23,500 nt of DNA from Paraglomus brasilianum (Eukaryota): assembly GCA_910592345.1 (NCBI GenBank), contig CAJVPI010000017.1:62001-85500 (forward strand), given 5' to 3'. Shown in pieces: positions 13,553 through 23,500 of this stretch. A model generated the notes under the pieces. The model saw nothing but the letters and a program-made list of their open reading frames with translations. It searched no databases and was not told the DNA's origin. A program made the position numbers and the translations under genes. Position 1 is the stretch's first letter. Each line of letters begins with the position of its first letter.

Positions 13553-13794
13553 GGAACATGAACAGACTAGGTTATTGGCTTGAATCGAAATTACCAGAGC
13601 TCTATCAAGAAGCAAGGTGCCACCTATTTCGGAGCTCTCCCTAGTAGGGGATATGTTCAATGATCGAACCGACGATGACGAATGCATGCCATGCGTACTT
13701 GCGGAAACCATTAAAGCTGAAACAAACGACGACGACTTTGTGAACTAGCATGTTTTTGGAACTAGAAGCAATCGTTAATGGTGAAGTGAAATGT
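13553..13794 (+). pseudogene. Inverted partial duplicate of the CUE-Smr gene, 5' piece
   Basis: Matches part of intron 1 (GGAACATGAACAGACTAGGTTATTGGCTT...) and the start of exon 2 of the minus-strand gene, with deletions and stops. Confidence 0.9.
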
Positions 13795-14714
13795 GAGTTA
13801 GAGAGATTACAGCAGGGCCAAGAAGCAGATAAGGAGATTAAAGAATTTGATAGAAAAAAGTGATAATTCTGATAAGGATGACAATAGCGTAAACGACACA
13901 CAGAGAGAGAGAGATCAAGCTCAAATCACTAAATTAGAAAATAAACCCCTGAAGAAGAAGCTATAATAAAAGATCAATTAGACTTCAATATACATCTGAA
14001 CGAAAAGACCACACTACACAAGTTGTATAACCATTAATCTTTATCAATCTATCATCTACATTTTTGAACTTTAATCATTATTGTCCCATTCACCACAAGT
14101 CCGGCCCCTGGCCAAGACGACCTTTTGGTAACGTCCGTACGCCAGGACAGGATACCTGACTGGTAACTTTCGCAAGCTGCGGCCACGAAGCGCTTTCAAT
14201 TCTCCGACATTTTACACCTAGTGACAGCGTACCTTCAGATACATAACAACTCAACAAATACCCAGTGAGAATTCTCACCTGTAACGACATACTTCAATAT
14301 CCCTCGCTCTCAACAGTTTTCGATATAAATAAAAATACGTGATTATACTACTACTTGGCCAAATGGTATAACCTTGATAATGAACCTGGTGACGGTAGAA
14401 TTGATTTAATTGGAGGGTTTAATAATAATAATAATAATAATAATAATAGAGTGTAAGGTAATTACCATCATATTAATATTGCCATTATTAGTATCAAACA
14501 GTTAATTTTTTATTTATATAATAGGGAGGCGTGGGAATATGTAATTAAATTGGAAGGAGTATTATTATTATTATTATCGATATGAACCATTGTACGAGAG
14601 ACCTAAATGTGATATCATCATCTTGATGATAATAATAATAATTGTGGGGCTGAAGCTGAAACGCTCGTGACCTAAATTGATCACGTAATTATTATAGGGT
14701 AGCTGAAATCTATC
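13795..14714. other. ~920-bp composite insertion splitting the pseudogene
   Basis: Homology to the parent stops at GGTGAAGTGAAATGT (13794) and resumes at ACATATCACTTTGAACGG (~14715). These two points lie only a few bases apart in the parent gene. Confidence 0.8.
14421..14447. repeat. (AAT)9 microsatellite
   Basis: Read directly. Confidence 0.95.
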
Positions 14715-15528
14715 ACATATCACTTTGAACGGAAAAGCGAGCTCTTTACTTCTCTAAATTGTCGGTCGCGAACAGTTCCGTGGAGCACTTGGAGTGAAAC
14801 CTCCACTTGACTGGGAATTTCCGAAGGATCTGATTCAGGATGTAGTATGAGTACCGCGAGTGAGGAAATGGCGCCCGACGAAGAGACCGAGCGGCTTGAG
14901 ATCTCTTAAGAAAATTATGACGAATTTAAGTTTCTGAAGAATTGTTTCCCTGATATTTGTCCCGAGAAACTGGAGAAAGTATTGTGTCGAAAGGGCTTTA
15001 AAAATTTTGCTCGACTCGGAAATAGATCAACGAGAACTTCCGGTTATTACGTTGACGCCCTCGAAGGGTGAAGACAAACTTGACGTGGCGGCGGCTTCGG
15101 AATCACGAGCGCAACATCAGAAGCATCAGAAAAAACAACAATGGCGTGCTTCTCAGAGGAATGCAAACGTCCATGAGCTCTCTTCGACACGTTCAAAGTC
15201 ACCAGTGTCTCCTCCTTTCGTCATCGTCGTTGGCACATGATCGGCTCCGACGCTTGAAAAGCATTTTTCCGGAAATCCCAACCGCGTGTGTTTCATGCAA
15301 ATAATTGTAACGTATTGGAAGCAGCTCAAGAGTTGTACGACGACGCGCCAGTGGGCTTTGCTGTCAAGCAAGAATCGTCCGATCAAGATCTAGCCGAGTT
15401 GAGTCCTCGTTTCTACGATCACGATGTAAACCTGCTGCAGAAGATTCTGGTAATAACTAGAGGTGAACTAGAGAAGGCGATCGATCTGATGCTCCTCATC
15501 ACCGATGATAATACCAAAATGGTCCCCG
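14715..15528 (+). pseudogene. Inverted partial duplicate of the CUE-Smr gene, 3' piece (CUE region; no Smr domain)
   Basis: Close similarity to the reverse complement of ~11586-12450 (e.g. NANVHELSSTRSKSPVSP, LLQKILVITRGELEKAIDLMLLI), with frameshifts and in-frame stops. Truncated before DUF1771/Smr. Confidence 0.93.
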
Positions 15529-15659
15529 GGTCATTACCGGCAGAAGTTCGATCCCAAGCCAGAAGTCCTAGTCTTTTTCTGATTCACCTACAATCAATGA
15601 GCCGATTAAATCCAAAGGCAAGGACGAGGCAAAGTGATTCCCTCTCCAGGGCACAATAG

Positions 15660-15900
15660 GAGGAACGTCTCAGAAAATGAGCTATTGACTATGGTGAAGA
15701 TCCAGACGTATTCGTGACTTTCACGGAAAAGGACATCGACCTATCCCGAATGTATACACAAAGACTGATACACCCATGTGTGGTCAATAAAGGACTCGAA
15801 ACCACAAAGACATGATAATGTCAGATGCTGGGAAAGATTAGCCTATGATGATGAAGAATAGCCAAACCCTGGTGGTACAAAAGATATACTACAGAGTCGC
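15660..15900 (+). pseudogene. Decayed fragment of an unidentified, probably repetitive ORF family
   Basis: Reads EERLRK*AIDYGEDPDVFVTFTEKDIDLSRMY. It resembles hypothetical repetitive proteins of Glomeromycota as I recall them; unverified. Confidence 0.3.
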
Positions 15901-16480
15901 CCGAATGGAATAAAAATAAAGTCAAGTTCACTTTAAAGGAGTTAATACTATTATTGGCAAGAGGGAAAGGGACGAACTCAAACTCAGACTCACGATGACT
16001 GAGAACAATTTCCAACTAAGTAAATTGCCTGGGCCTCTTGTGTCGATAATTAGTATTGTCTTTATATTCATGTTCAAAATTGGAAATTCCACTTTAAATA
16101 AAAGTTTACAAGCTGTGAAAATGATCAAAAAGGTTCTTTTGTTTACATGGAATTAGCTGAAACTAATCATTATTAATTACAATGACATAGCATGATACAA
16201 CACGCAAAAAACAGTTCGAGACTTTGACCGTGATACATGAAGAAGTTACATTTTTACCTCAATTAACCTATCTATTCTTCTGCGAGCATTAGCGTGGAAG
16301 GTGGGTGAGATTGTATTTGTATAGTTATAAGTATGGCGATTTGTTAGTAAGGTATTTTTGCATTTATAGCGAAGATATTGGAGGATGTGCTTTTGGAAGT
16401 GGGAAAAATCTTCTTATTTTATTTCTCATAGCTATAAGATCATGCTAGGGGATTGGCTGAAAGATAGATGGTATGTGTTA

Positions 16481-16676
16481 CAGTCAACCCTGTTTATAGT
16501 CACCCCCTCTATAAGCACATCATATAAAAACCTCTTTATAAGCACACCATGTTTGAGAACCAATTACTATTGAACTTGTAGGAAAAACCCTCTATATAGT
16601 CACAACCTCTTTATAAGCACATTTTCAACAAAAGTTGCATTGTTCCCGACAGCATGACTATAGAGAGGGTTGACTG
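16481..16676. mobile_element. 196-bp MITE, Tc1/mariner (pogo-like), with TA TSD
   Basis: TA|CAGTCAACCCTGTTTATAGTCA ... TGACTATAGAGAGGGTTGACTG|TA: 22-bp TIRs with 2 mismatches. Internal CCTCT..TATAAGCAC / TATAGTCAC subrepeats. Confidence 0.9.
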
Positions 16677-16846
16677 TATTTGTTTTTTTGCCTTACCTTT
16701 TATTATTATGTTAATAGTTTGTTTATTTGTCTTTGCTAACGGCTATGCTTTTTTGCGTATCTGAACGTTATGGATGACGTAATATATTTTTGGGGTTTAC
16801 ATAGAGTATGTTTTAATGCATACCATATTTCACTAGTCGATGATAT

Positions 16847-16937
16847 ATAGTTTTGTTGTCTCAGTTCCGAACCCAGACACTCAGTTGTCTCGGTCCAGAA
16901 CCGAGACAGGTCCCCAACTGAGGTACAACAATACTAT
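16847..16937. repeat. Nested inverted repeat / foldback element
   Basis: Outer arms ATAGTTTTGTTGTCTCAGTT and AACTGAGGTACAACAATACTAT; inner perfect stem TGTCTCGGT-CCAGA-ACCGAGACA. Confidence 0.75.
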
Positions 16938-17194
16938 GTTGATTGGGCATATTAATGTGTTTTGGTTTGCATGCATGTTATTATTATTATTATTATACAT
17001 AACTCATCATTTTCTTTTTTAAGGAAGGGATCTCATTCTTTCTCGGCTTTTAAAAAAAAACTTCGAGCTATATTTCTGTAACTGCAAGGATGTTCAGAGC
17101 CATTTTCACCCGCAACTTACATCTCCCTAATAGTTCAAAAGTTCTAATTTCGAAGTCCCCCTTCCCATATCAACAACCACACATACAGTTAACA

Positions 17195-17670
17195 ATGCTT
17201 GTCCACTTCGATTTCACTACCATTCGCATATACGACGTTAAAGAAGAAATTAAGACAGAAACTGTTTTACTTAAAGCTACTTAATTTCGCAAGCGAGCCA
17301 ATTCGCGTCCACCTCCAAGTCTATGTCCCTAAAGAAGACCCGGACTGGCTTGTCACAACAATGTTCTCCTCCGATGTATTAGAAAATAACCAACTGCACG
17401 TATACCGAACCCTCATACATCACACAATCTATCATAGATAAATACGCAACAATATGACAATATTTACCGTCAGAGCAAATCAATATGTTTAGGGAAGCGG
17501 TCCTTCCGCGAAACTGTCCGAATTCGACATAATGGTTCACCACAACGTAGGGAAAAAAAACCTCTACGAACGAACTAAGGGTCGAAGGTTTCGATAGCTG
17601 AACTCGACGTTCACGACAACGGACTACTTATACAACTACATAATTTCGAATACCATCCTCTGCGTCTGAA
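17195..17670 (+). pseudogene. Frameshifted remnant of a beta-rich (possibly OB-fold-like) protein gene
   Basis: Joined frames give MLVHFDFTTIRIYDVKEEIKTETVLLKAT/LNFASEPIRVHLQVYVPKE...FTVRANQYVLG...EFDIMVHHNVGKKNLYERTKGRRF/IAELDVHDNGLLIQLHNFEYHP. Fold assignment is inferred from the residue pattern only. Confidence 0.4.
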
Positions 17671-18360
17671 AAAAGAGCACTATTGTACAGTTCCTTAATG
17701 GAAACAGCGGATACGATACTATCGATAGCAGTAACCTAATACTGATACATCGACTCAGCCTATATTATATCAGAAGAAAGTTCACCAGATCAACCAACTC
17801 AACCCAAACCCGTCAACCACGGAAAAGATTACTACGATAAACAAAAAAATCTCTGACATAGCATCAACAAACTAGACTTTCTAATGTACAGAACAATAGC
17901 TTTCTATTAATTCAATATACTGTACAACCATATTTTCTAAACCACCACCAAGAAATTACAATATCCCAAAGTCTGATACGACGTATTTCTCATACAATTA
18001 TGATTGCAACATTACGGCTATTGTATACGTACTTTCAGTATCGGAAGAAAGTCTTAATAATGTTGTCTTGCAAAAAGGCACCGCAATTTCTCGTATCGAT
18101 AGCGATGATGGATTCCAGATATAAATACTTTACTTACGTACCAATACGAGACGTATCTCACGATTCAGACGATACTCAATCGAATATCCACAACAAAAAA
18201 ATTTTAACAGATTTTTTTATCAAAGTGAGAGAGAGCCACAATTCATAAGAGAGTGAGCAAATTGGTTTAGTTTATCTTGACAAAGTGTGAATAAAATTTA
18301 AAAACGGTAGTAATTCTAATCGCTGAGATGATGTCATTACATATGACACCATTTATTTAA

Positions 18361-18389
18361 AACCCTAACCCTAACCCTAACCCTAACCC
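18361..18389. repeat. Interstitial telomeric repeat (CCCTAA/TTAGGG) ~5 units
   Basis: AACCCTAACCCTAACCCTAACCCTAACCC read directly. Confidence 0.9.
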
Positions 18390-20570
18390 ATGATATCCGA
18401 GATTGATATTGGAGAGTGTTCAGTCACTGTATAACTTCCATCGGATAGTGTTGGCAGTAACTATATAGGGGTAAATTTACTATGAAATCAGTTGATTTTC
18501 GACAAAAGTGTGACTATAAAAGAGTGTGCTTACGTTATTAATTTTATTTGGTCTAATAATAAAGACTACTTTTTTGTTTGGTAGGTAAAAGAAAGCTAGA
18601 ACAATCTACTAGTCAAGAATGAATAACAACAATACTTTTTGTTAAATAAAAAACTAAAAATCAGAAAGTGCTCAAACTGTTACATATGATGCAGATTATC
18701 TATAACGCGAAATAAATCACTTAACTTTCAAAACCCTAAGAATTTTACATTAGAGGAAATAGAATAAAGCTAATTCATAAGAATAATGATAGAACAAACG
18801 ATGCAGAACACGAGAGTTACGGTTAGAATTTAATTAACTAAAAAAAGTTTTCGACAGTTTTTATTGAGTTAAATAAAAAATAGAAATTTCGTTTTGTGTG
18901 TAATAATTATATTTATTTAATAAACGCGGCGGTAACGTTCATTATTATTTCAACTAAAGGAACAGTTGCAAATAAAAAAATGTCTCGAAATAATAGAGGA
19001 AAGATGAACTCATCATAGAAGGAACATGTTGAACGAACAGAAACGGGATTAAGTGGCGGTCAAAAATCCAGTCCCGTTTAATTTTACATTTGCTTCTTGT
19101 CAACTTACTCGGAATTTATTCATAAATTAGGTTTAAATTAATATAGTAATAAATTCAAAAGGAAGCCATTCATTTACAAGTTATGATATTAGTCTTGAAC
19201 TTTGATATATTAAAAAAATACCGCAGTTATTATTTTCGCTGGGACTGTAAATAGAGTGGATTATAAGCAAGCTCTCGATTCTGTTAGTTTAATAACTGTT
19301 TGTAGATTTTGCGCGAACATGGAATTACAGGTAAATTGATAGAATATGCTGTCTAAATATATAAATGTCACGAATAATTCCTGTTCAGTGGAGCTGCCAA
19401 GGCTACCTTCGGGTAGGTTATATGCGACATTGTGAAGTTCATGCGTAGTAGATTCCTCGCTGTAAAATGCATGGAATGAATTAAGGACAAATGAAACTCG
19501 GGTAGTTGGAGTTGATTCGAAGCGATATCCGATTGTTGTTAGCTTTTTTCATGATATCTGTTGGCTAGGTTTCTTTATTTACTTCAACGTGTCTGGTGTC
19601 TGTGGTGGCGATGTGGTGGTCGTGGTCGTGCGTCGCTAATATCATTGGTGGGGCACAATCAATCGCCATCTCTATTTCGGAAAAGCGGTGGTACCTTCAT
19701 GGTCTTTCGTTAAATCTCTTCGAATGTTGTTTTATCTTATGATTGTGTTGCTGATATTAATATTATAAACATACCCTAACCCCAACCACCAAGCTCCATA
19801 TCGTCATCTGTGCCTCAACGGGATGTTGGAAAAGCTTCGGATAACGCGACAAGATACTTATCTTTTCTGAGAGGGGTTAGGTTGAGTTTTTATGTGAGTA
19901 CTCGGCTGCCCATAATGATAGGATGTTATTCGTGCGCCTGCAAAAGTTTCCGGTTTGGACTTAGTTGAACATAATTGATTGTTGTCAATGCCAAAATTTT
20001 TCCGAATATCTGATTGTTTGCATTCAGTGTTGTCCCAGTTACATAAATCAAAATAACAATCTGGTTATCTGTTTTTTGATAATTTTATTAGCAGGGAAGT
20101 TAGTGAAAAGGTTTTTTCGAAAGCGGGGTTTGTGGCGCAACACAGTGGTCAGCAGAAGAATCAGTTCAGAGTTCCTAATGTCGAGTAACTCTTGTTGCGC
20201 GTAGATGACTTTTTTAGATTTGTATAAACAAAGTTCTATGCGCGTCACTTATTATGTTACTGTTACCCAATTTACATCTTTGTAATTATGACACAAATCT
20301 GCGCCGGTTAATGTTCCGCGACTTTATCCCTCTACAATAAAAACACGACATAATGGTAGCAATCGACAGACAGACAGGTTTTTATTTGCTGTTTTTTAAC
20401 TTCGTGATCCCATGATCAATTACAATACGTAAAAAGTGTTAGCAACAAAGGAAACAAAGTCAAGTTATCAATAACTATGAGGAGGAAAATTGAGAATAAG
20501 CAGACAATGACTCAGGGGTTAAAGAAATCGTAACCTGATGTTCATCTGCTCGCGCAGTGCCAAAAACTTG

Positions 20571-22420
20571 TTAATCTACAAACTGTTCATTTAGTTTCGC
20601 CCGTTTTCTCGAATCAGTTCCCACATCAGTCGTTAATGAAAAAGTACTTGTTCCTGCGTCCTGTTCGTCCGCATTATCTCCATTATTACTTTTCCGATCT
20701 CGTGTTTCATTTACTTTACGAAGTTGCCCGGTTCGGTATAGATCGGAGGGTTTATCCGCTAATATAAGTAAGCATAAATGTTTAAAACAATAATTTGCGT
20801 AATTCTGAATAATGATCCGCAAAATGTGATTACCAAACGCTGATCCCTTCTCATTTACATCCTTGACAAGACTGTGGTCTTTGGATGTCTTTTCATACTT
20901 TAACCATCGACCGTGACAAGATACGTTAAAAAAAATTGACACCATGCAAAAATTCCCAAAAAACAATCCAGATACCTGGTTATCTTCTGTTCGTAAAAAC
21001 AGTATCATCAATGGCGATTCGTCTCCGTGCCCACACGCTGTTGAAATCCAAATATTTCCGCAAAGATCATATACTATGTCGAGCGGGTCGATGTCCAAAA
21101 GCAGCGTTTGCTTATATCGAAGTTGGCGCGTTTCGTCATCCCAATCGAGTATAACTACACCGGAATACCTTCGATATATCCGATCGAGTAAGCAGGTGCA
21201 TTTCAAAAGTCAGTGGGCTTCGGTTGAACAGAACTCCTTACTTCTCAATTACAATTGCAATATGTCGCGAAAGAGAGCTACTTGCAATAGACATGATAGT
21301 AAAATCATGCAAGGACTCGGCGCTAACTTCTTTGGTAGATGTAGACAATAAGTTCTTTATATCCAAACATTGTACGAGTCTTCCTTTTGCGTAGTCCCAT
21401 AGAGCCACGTAATCGTCTCCTCCTGCCGACATCATCAAATCGGTAGCCCACGGAATTATATGTAGTTTAGCAACAAATCTATGCACAAACAAAAGAGTTA
21501 CTGCCTAAGAAGTCGGGATAATAGGTTAAAGCAAGATTAATGTCTTACTGAGTATGACCCAAACAAAAGGTCTCGATAATATGACCTTTCGGGTAGCGGC
21601 TAACACGTATATGCTCGTCGCGGTCGGCTGTTATTACGTACTTGTTATCGGGAGATAAAACCTTGTATACGAGCAATCCTGTCAATGATGATCAATTGAT
21701 ATCAATGAATGAGATCAATACAATTGTCTCACTTACCATATCAGTTACCATGGATACATGGCCTAGAATTGGTTTTATCGAATTCTGTTCTTCTGTTGAG
21801 ACGTCGATGAGAAAGCTAATGGTGAATTAAGCGTAAACAATATAATAACTGGTGTGGATAGGCAATCTTATGCAAAATAGAAATAGAAATAAATTGCGTA
21901 CCGATAGACATCACCGGTATTGTCGGCAGTAGCTATGCTTGAGCAACTCTTTTCAAAGGCAATGGATATTATCCGCTTTGAAACCGTTCTTTTTAACAAG
22001 TCAATTGTGTTCACATTTAGGGACAAATTATATCCCGTTGCCAATCTTGTAAATACTCGTCAATCATACCTTTCGCTTCGTAGAGTCCATCCTTCAATAT
22101 CCCAGATATTCAGTGTCTTATTGTCACCGCTGGTTGCTAGCAAGTTTCCATTATCTTGAAACGCTATTTGTTTTATGAACGGCGGGTTTTGATTCGACTT
22201 TGTATTCTGAGTAGTTGTCAAATGCGTCTTCGTTACTAACAGGGCGCCAGTGCTTGGAATGTTATCCAAGAGTTAGCTAGCTTTCATATCATAAAATGAA
22301 TAAAGAACAGCAAGCAATGCACCTTGTATCTAATATCTGAAAATGCTCCCCAAAGACGCAAGCCAAAAGATTCTTTGTCGAATGGTGAACTAACCGCGTA
22401 AACGGGTGTCGTTGAGCCAT
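20571..22420 (-). CDS. TRM82: tRNA (guanine-N7)-methyltransferase non-catalytic WD40 subunit (Trm82/WDR4), multi-exon
   Basis: ATG 22420 ([13 protein letters not shown]..). Motifs: [87 protein letters not shown]-terminal RKRAKL NLS-like segment; stop at 20571-20573. Confidence 0.93.
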
Positions 22421-22509
22421 GATCTCTTGGTTGGAATGTTGCTGGTCATAACGCCACAGAAAATTTTATGTGTAGTGTCAGCCACGATCTATAAATTATG
22501 TGGCGTCTC

Positions 22510-22781
22510 AAGAAAATTGGAATACCTTTTACCGAACCAGCATATTACTCAAAATGAAAAGGTGATAAAGACCATCTTAAACATAAAGAACAAGCATTGA
22601 GAGAATGAAGAAAAAAATATTGAATTACAAGATAAAAAGCAGAATTAGCTAGATTAGAAGCCCAAATAGCTAGCGAAAACAATTTAATTGAACTCCTTGA
22701 ATAGGATTAGGGATAGTTTTTATCACGGTTATTTCACTAAGTGCTTATTTACTAGTCAAAGAAAAGTTAAAAGAAAAATAG
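22510..22781 (+). pseudogene. Decayed ORF 3' end readable with TGA=Trp; Mollicutes-endobacterium-like coiled-coil + C-terminal membrane anchor
   Basis: 22680-22781 reads QFN(TGA)TP(TGA)IGLGIVFITVISLSAYLLVKEKLKEK*. Upstream reads KKIGIPFTEPAYYSK(TGA)KGDKDHLKHKEQALRE(TGA)RKK/ELQDKK/AELARLEAQIASE, with slips in A-runs. Confidence 0.5.
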
Positions 22782-22907
22782 AAATTTACTGAACAGTTAG
22801 TCACAAAACGCTTGTTATTATTATTATTTAGTTATTAAAATAATTACGATTAATTAAGAGAAACAAAGTTTATTTAAACATTTTTTGTTTAGTATAAAAT
22901 TACTCAA

Positions 22908-23387
22908 TTACACTTGGTACTGGCTTGGGACAAGTGATGTCTTTAAATTCATCTCTAACAAATTCAAAGGAGGAGGGGTTAGTACTAGGATTGCAAAGGA
23001 TTTAATTTCTATGGTAATGTCAGAAACACTTGCCTTTCTAGTTTTTAACAAATTAAATTCAGTAAAATCACCATTAGCGACCATTTTAGCTTTGACATTC
23101 CAGATTAGCTGCTTCAAATAGAAAATGCTGATATTTTTGCAAGCCATTTAATTTCTTAAAGAAAATCCCCAGCACGGAGTTAAAATCTAAGTAGTGAAAG
23201 CCTTTATTAACTAAACATAAGAGTGGACTAAACAAAGAAGAACTTTTAACTTACTTAGAAGAGTTTGTTGGCAATTGCCGTTTTCGTAGCACTGAGCTTT
23301 GCTTAATCCCGCTGTACTTGATCTTTTCCCAACCTCAACAATATGATTCGCACAATCTACTGTTGTCCTTCGGTATAGTTTCTTAAT
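22908..23387 (-). mobile_element. C-terminal remnant of a DNA-transposon transposase-like gene (DUF7869/Sola-like, tentative)
   Basis: Joined frames: IKKLYRRTTVDCANHIVEVGKRSS..AQCYENG / GFHYLDFNSVLGIFFKKLNGLQKYQHFLFEAAN / VKAKMVANGDFTEFNLLK..LTPPPL / FVRDEFKDITCPKP. The ending F...F.DITCP.P and the KY.HF.F pattern are recalled from this transposase family. Frameshifted. Confidence 0.6.
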
Positions 23388-23389
23388 TA

Positions 23390-23500
23390 CGTGGGGGTGC
23401 TGAAAAGTTTTGTCGCCGGGGTTATATGTCAATGATCAGCTGACCGATCCAAAAATGGAGGTAATCCAACGTTGCGCAACGTTTCGAGGAATAAAAGAAA
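23390..23500. mobile_element. Probable left end of a mariner-type element inserted at TA
   Basis: TA|CGTGGGGGTGCTGAAAAGTT resembles mariner TIR starts (TACGAGGG...GAAAAGT) and begins exactly where the transposase-like homology is cut. The other end lies outside the window. Confidence 0.4.

Noticed and set aside
19250..20250. Patchy minus-strand coding-like frames
   Set aside because: Many stops and no identifiable motif; probably decayed repeat DNA but unassignable by eye.
20900..20976. GTATCT-starting intron in TRM82 as a U12-type intron
   Set aside because: The donor lacks the GTATCCTT consensus and the branch region is only a T-run plus AAC.

Overview
Eukaryotic, intron-rich fungal genomic DNA with short GT-AG introns. 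Gene content and repeat types point to an early-diverging fungus, most plausibly Glomeromycota/Mucoromycota (inference). I reconstructed six genes by hand: the 5' part of a nicastrin gene (minus strand, running off the left edge), an intronless mitochondrial IF3, an RBBP4/MSI1/Hat2-like WD40 histone chaperone divergently paired with a farnesyltransferase beta subunit, a multi-CUE + Smr (Cue2/N4BP2-like) gene, and Trm82/WDR4. Two accessory zones (about 1.4-5.2 kb and 12.9-20.5 kb) and the right end hold the rest. These include a PP2C-like pseudogene, an inverted DNA-level pseudogene copy of the CUE-Smr gene split by a ~920-bp insertion, several MITEs and hairpins, a short interstitial telomeric tract and a transposase remnant. 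The most unusual signal is a set of decayed coding fragments resembling Mollicutes-related endobacterial proteins, one of which reads best with TGA = Trp. I see no intact, clearly new multi-gene system. Family calls for degenerate fragments come from recalled motifs and need database confirmation.
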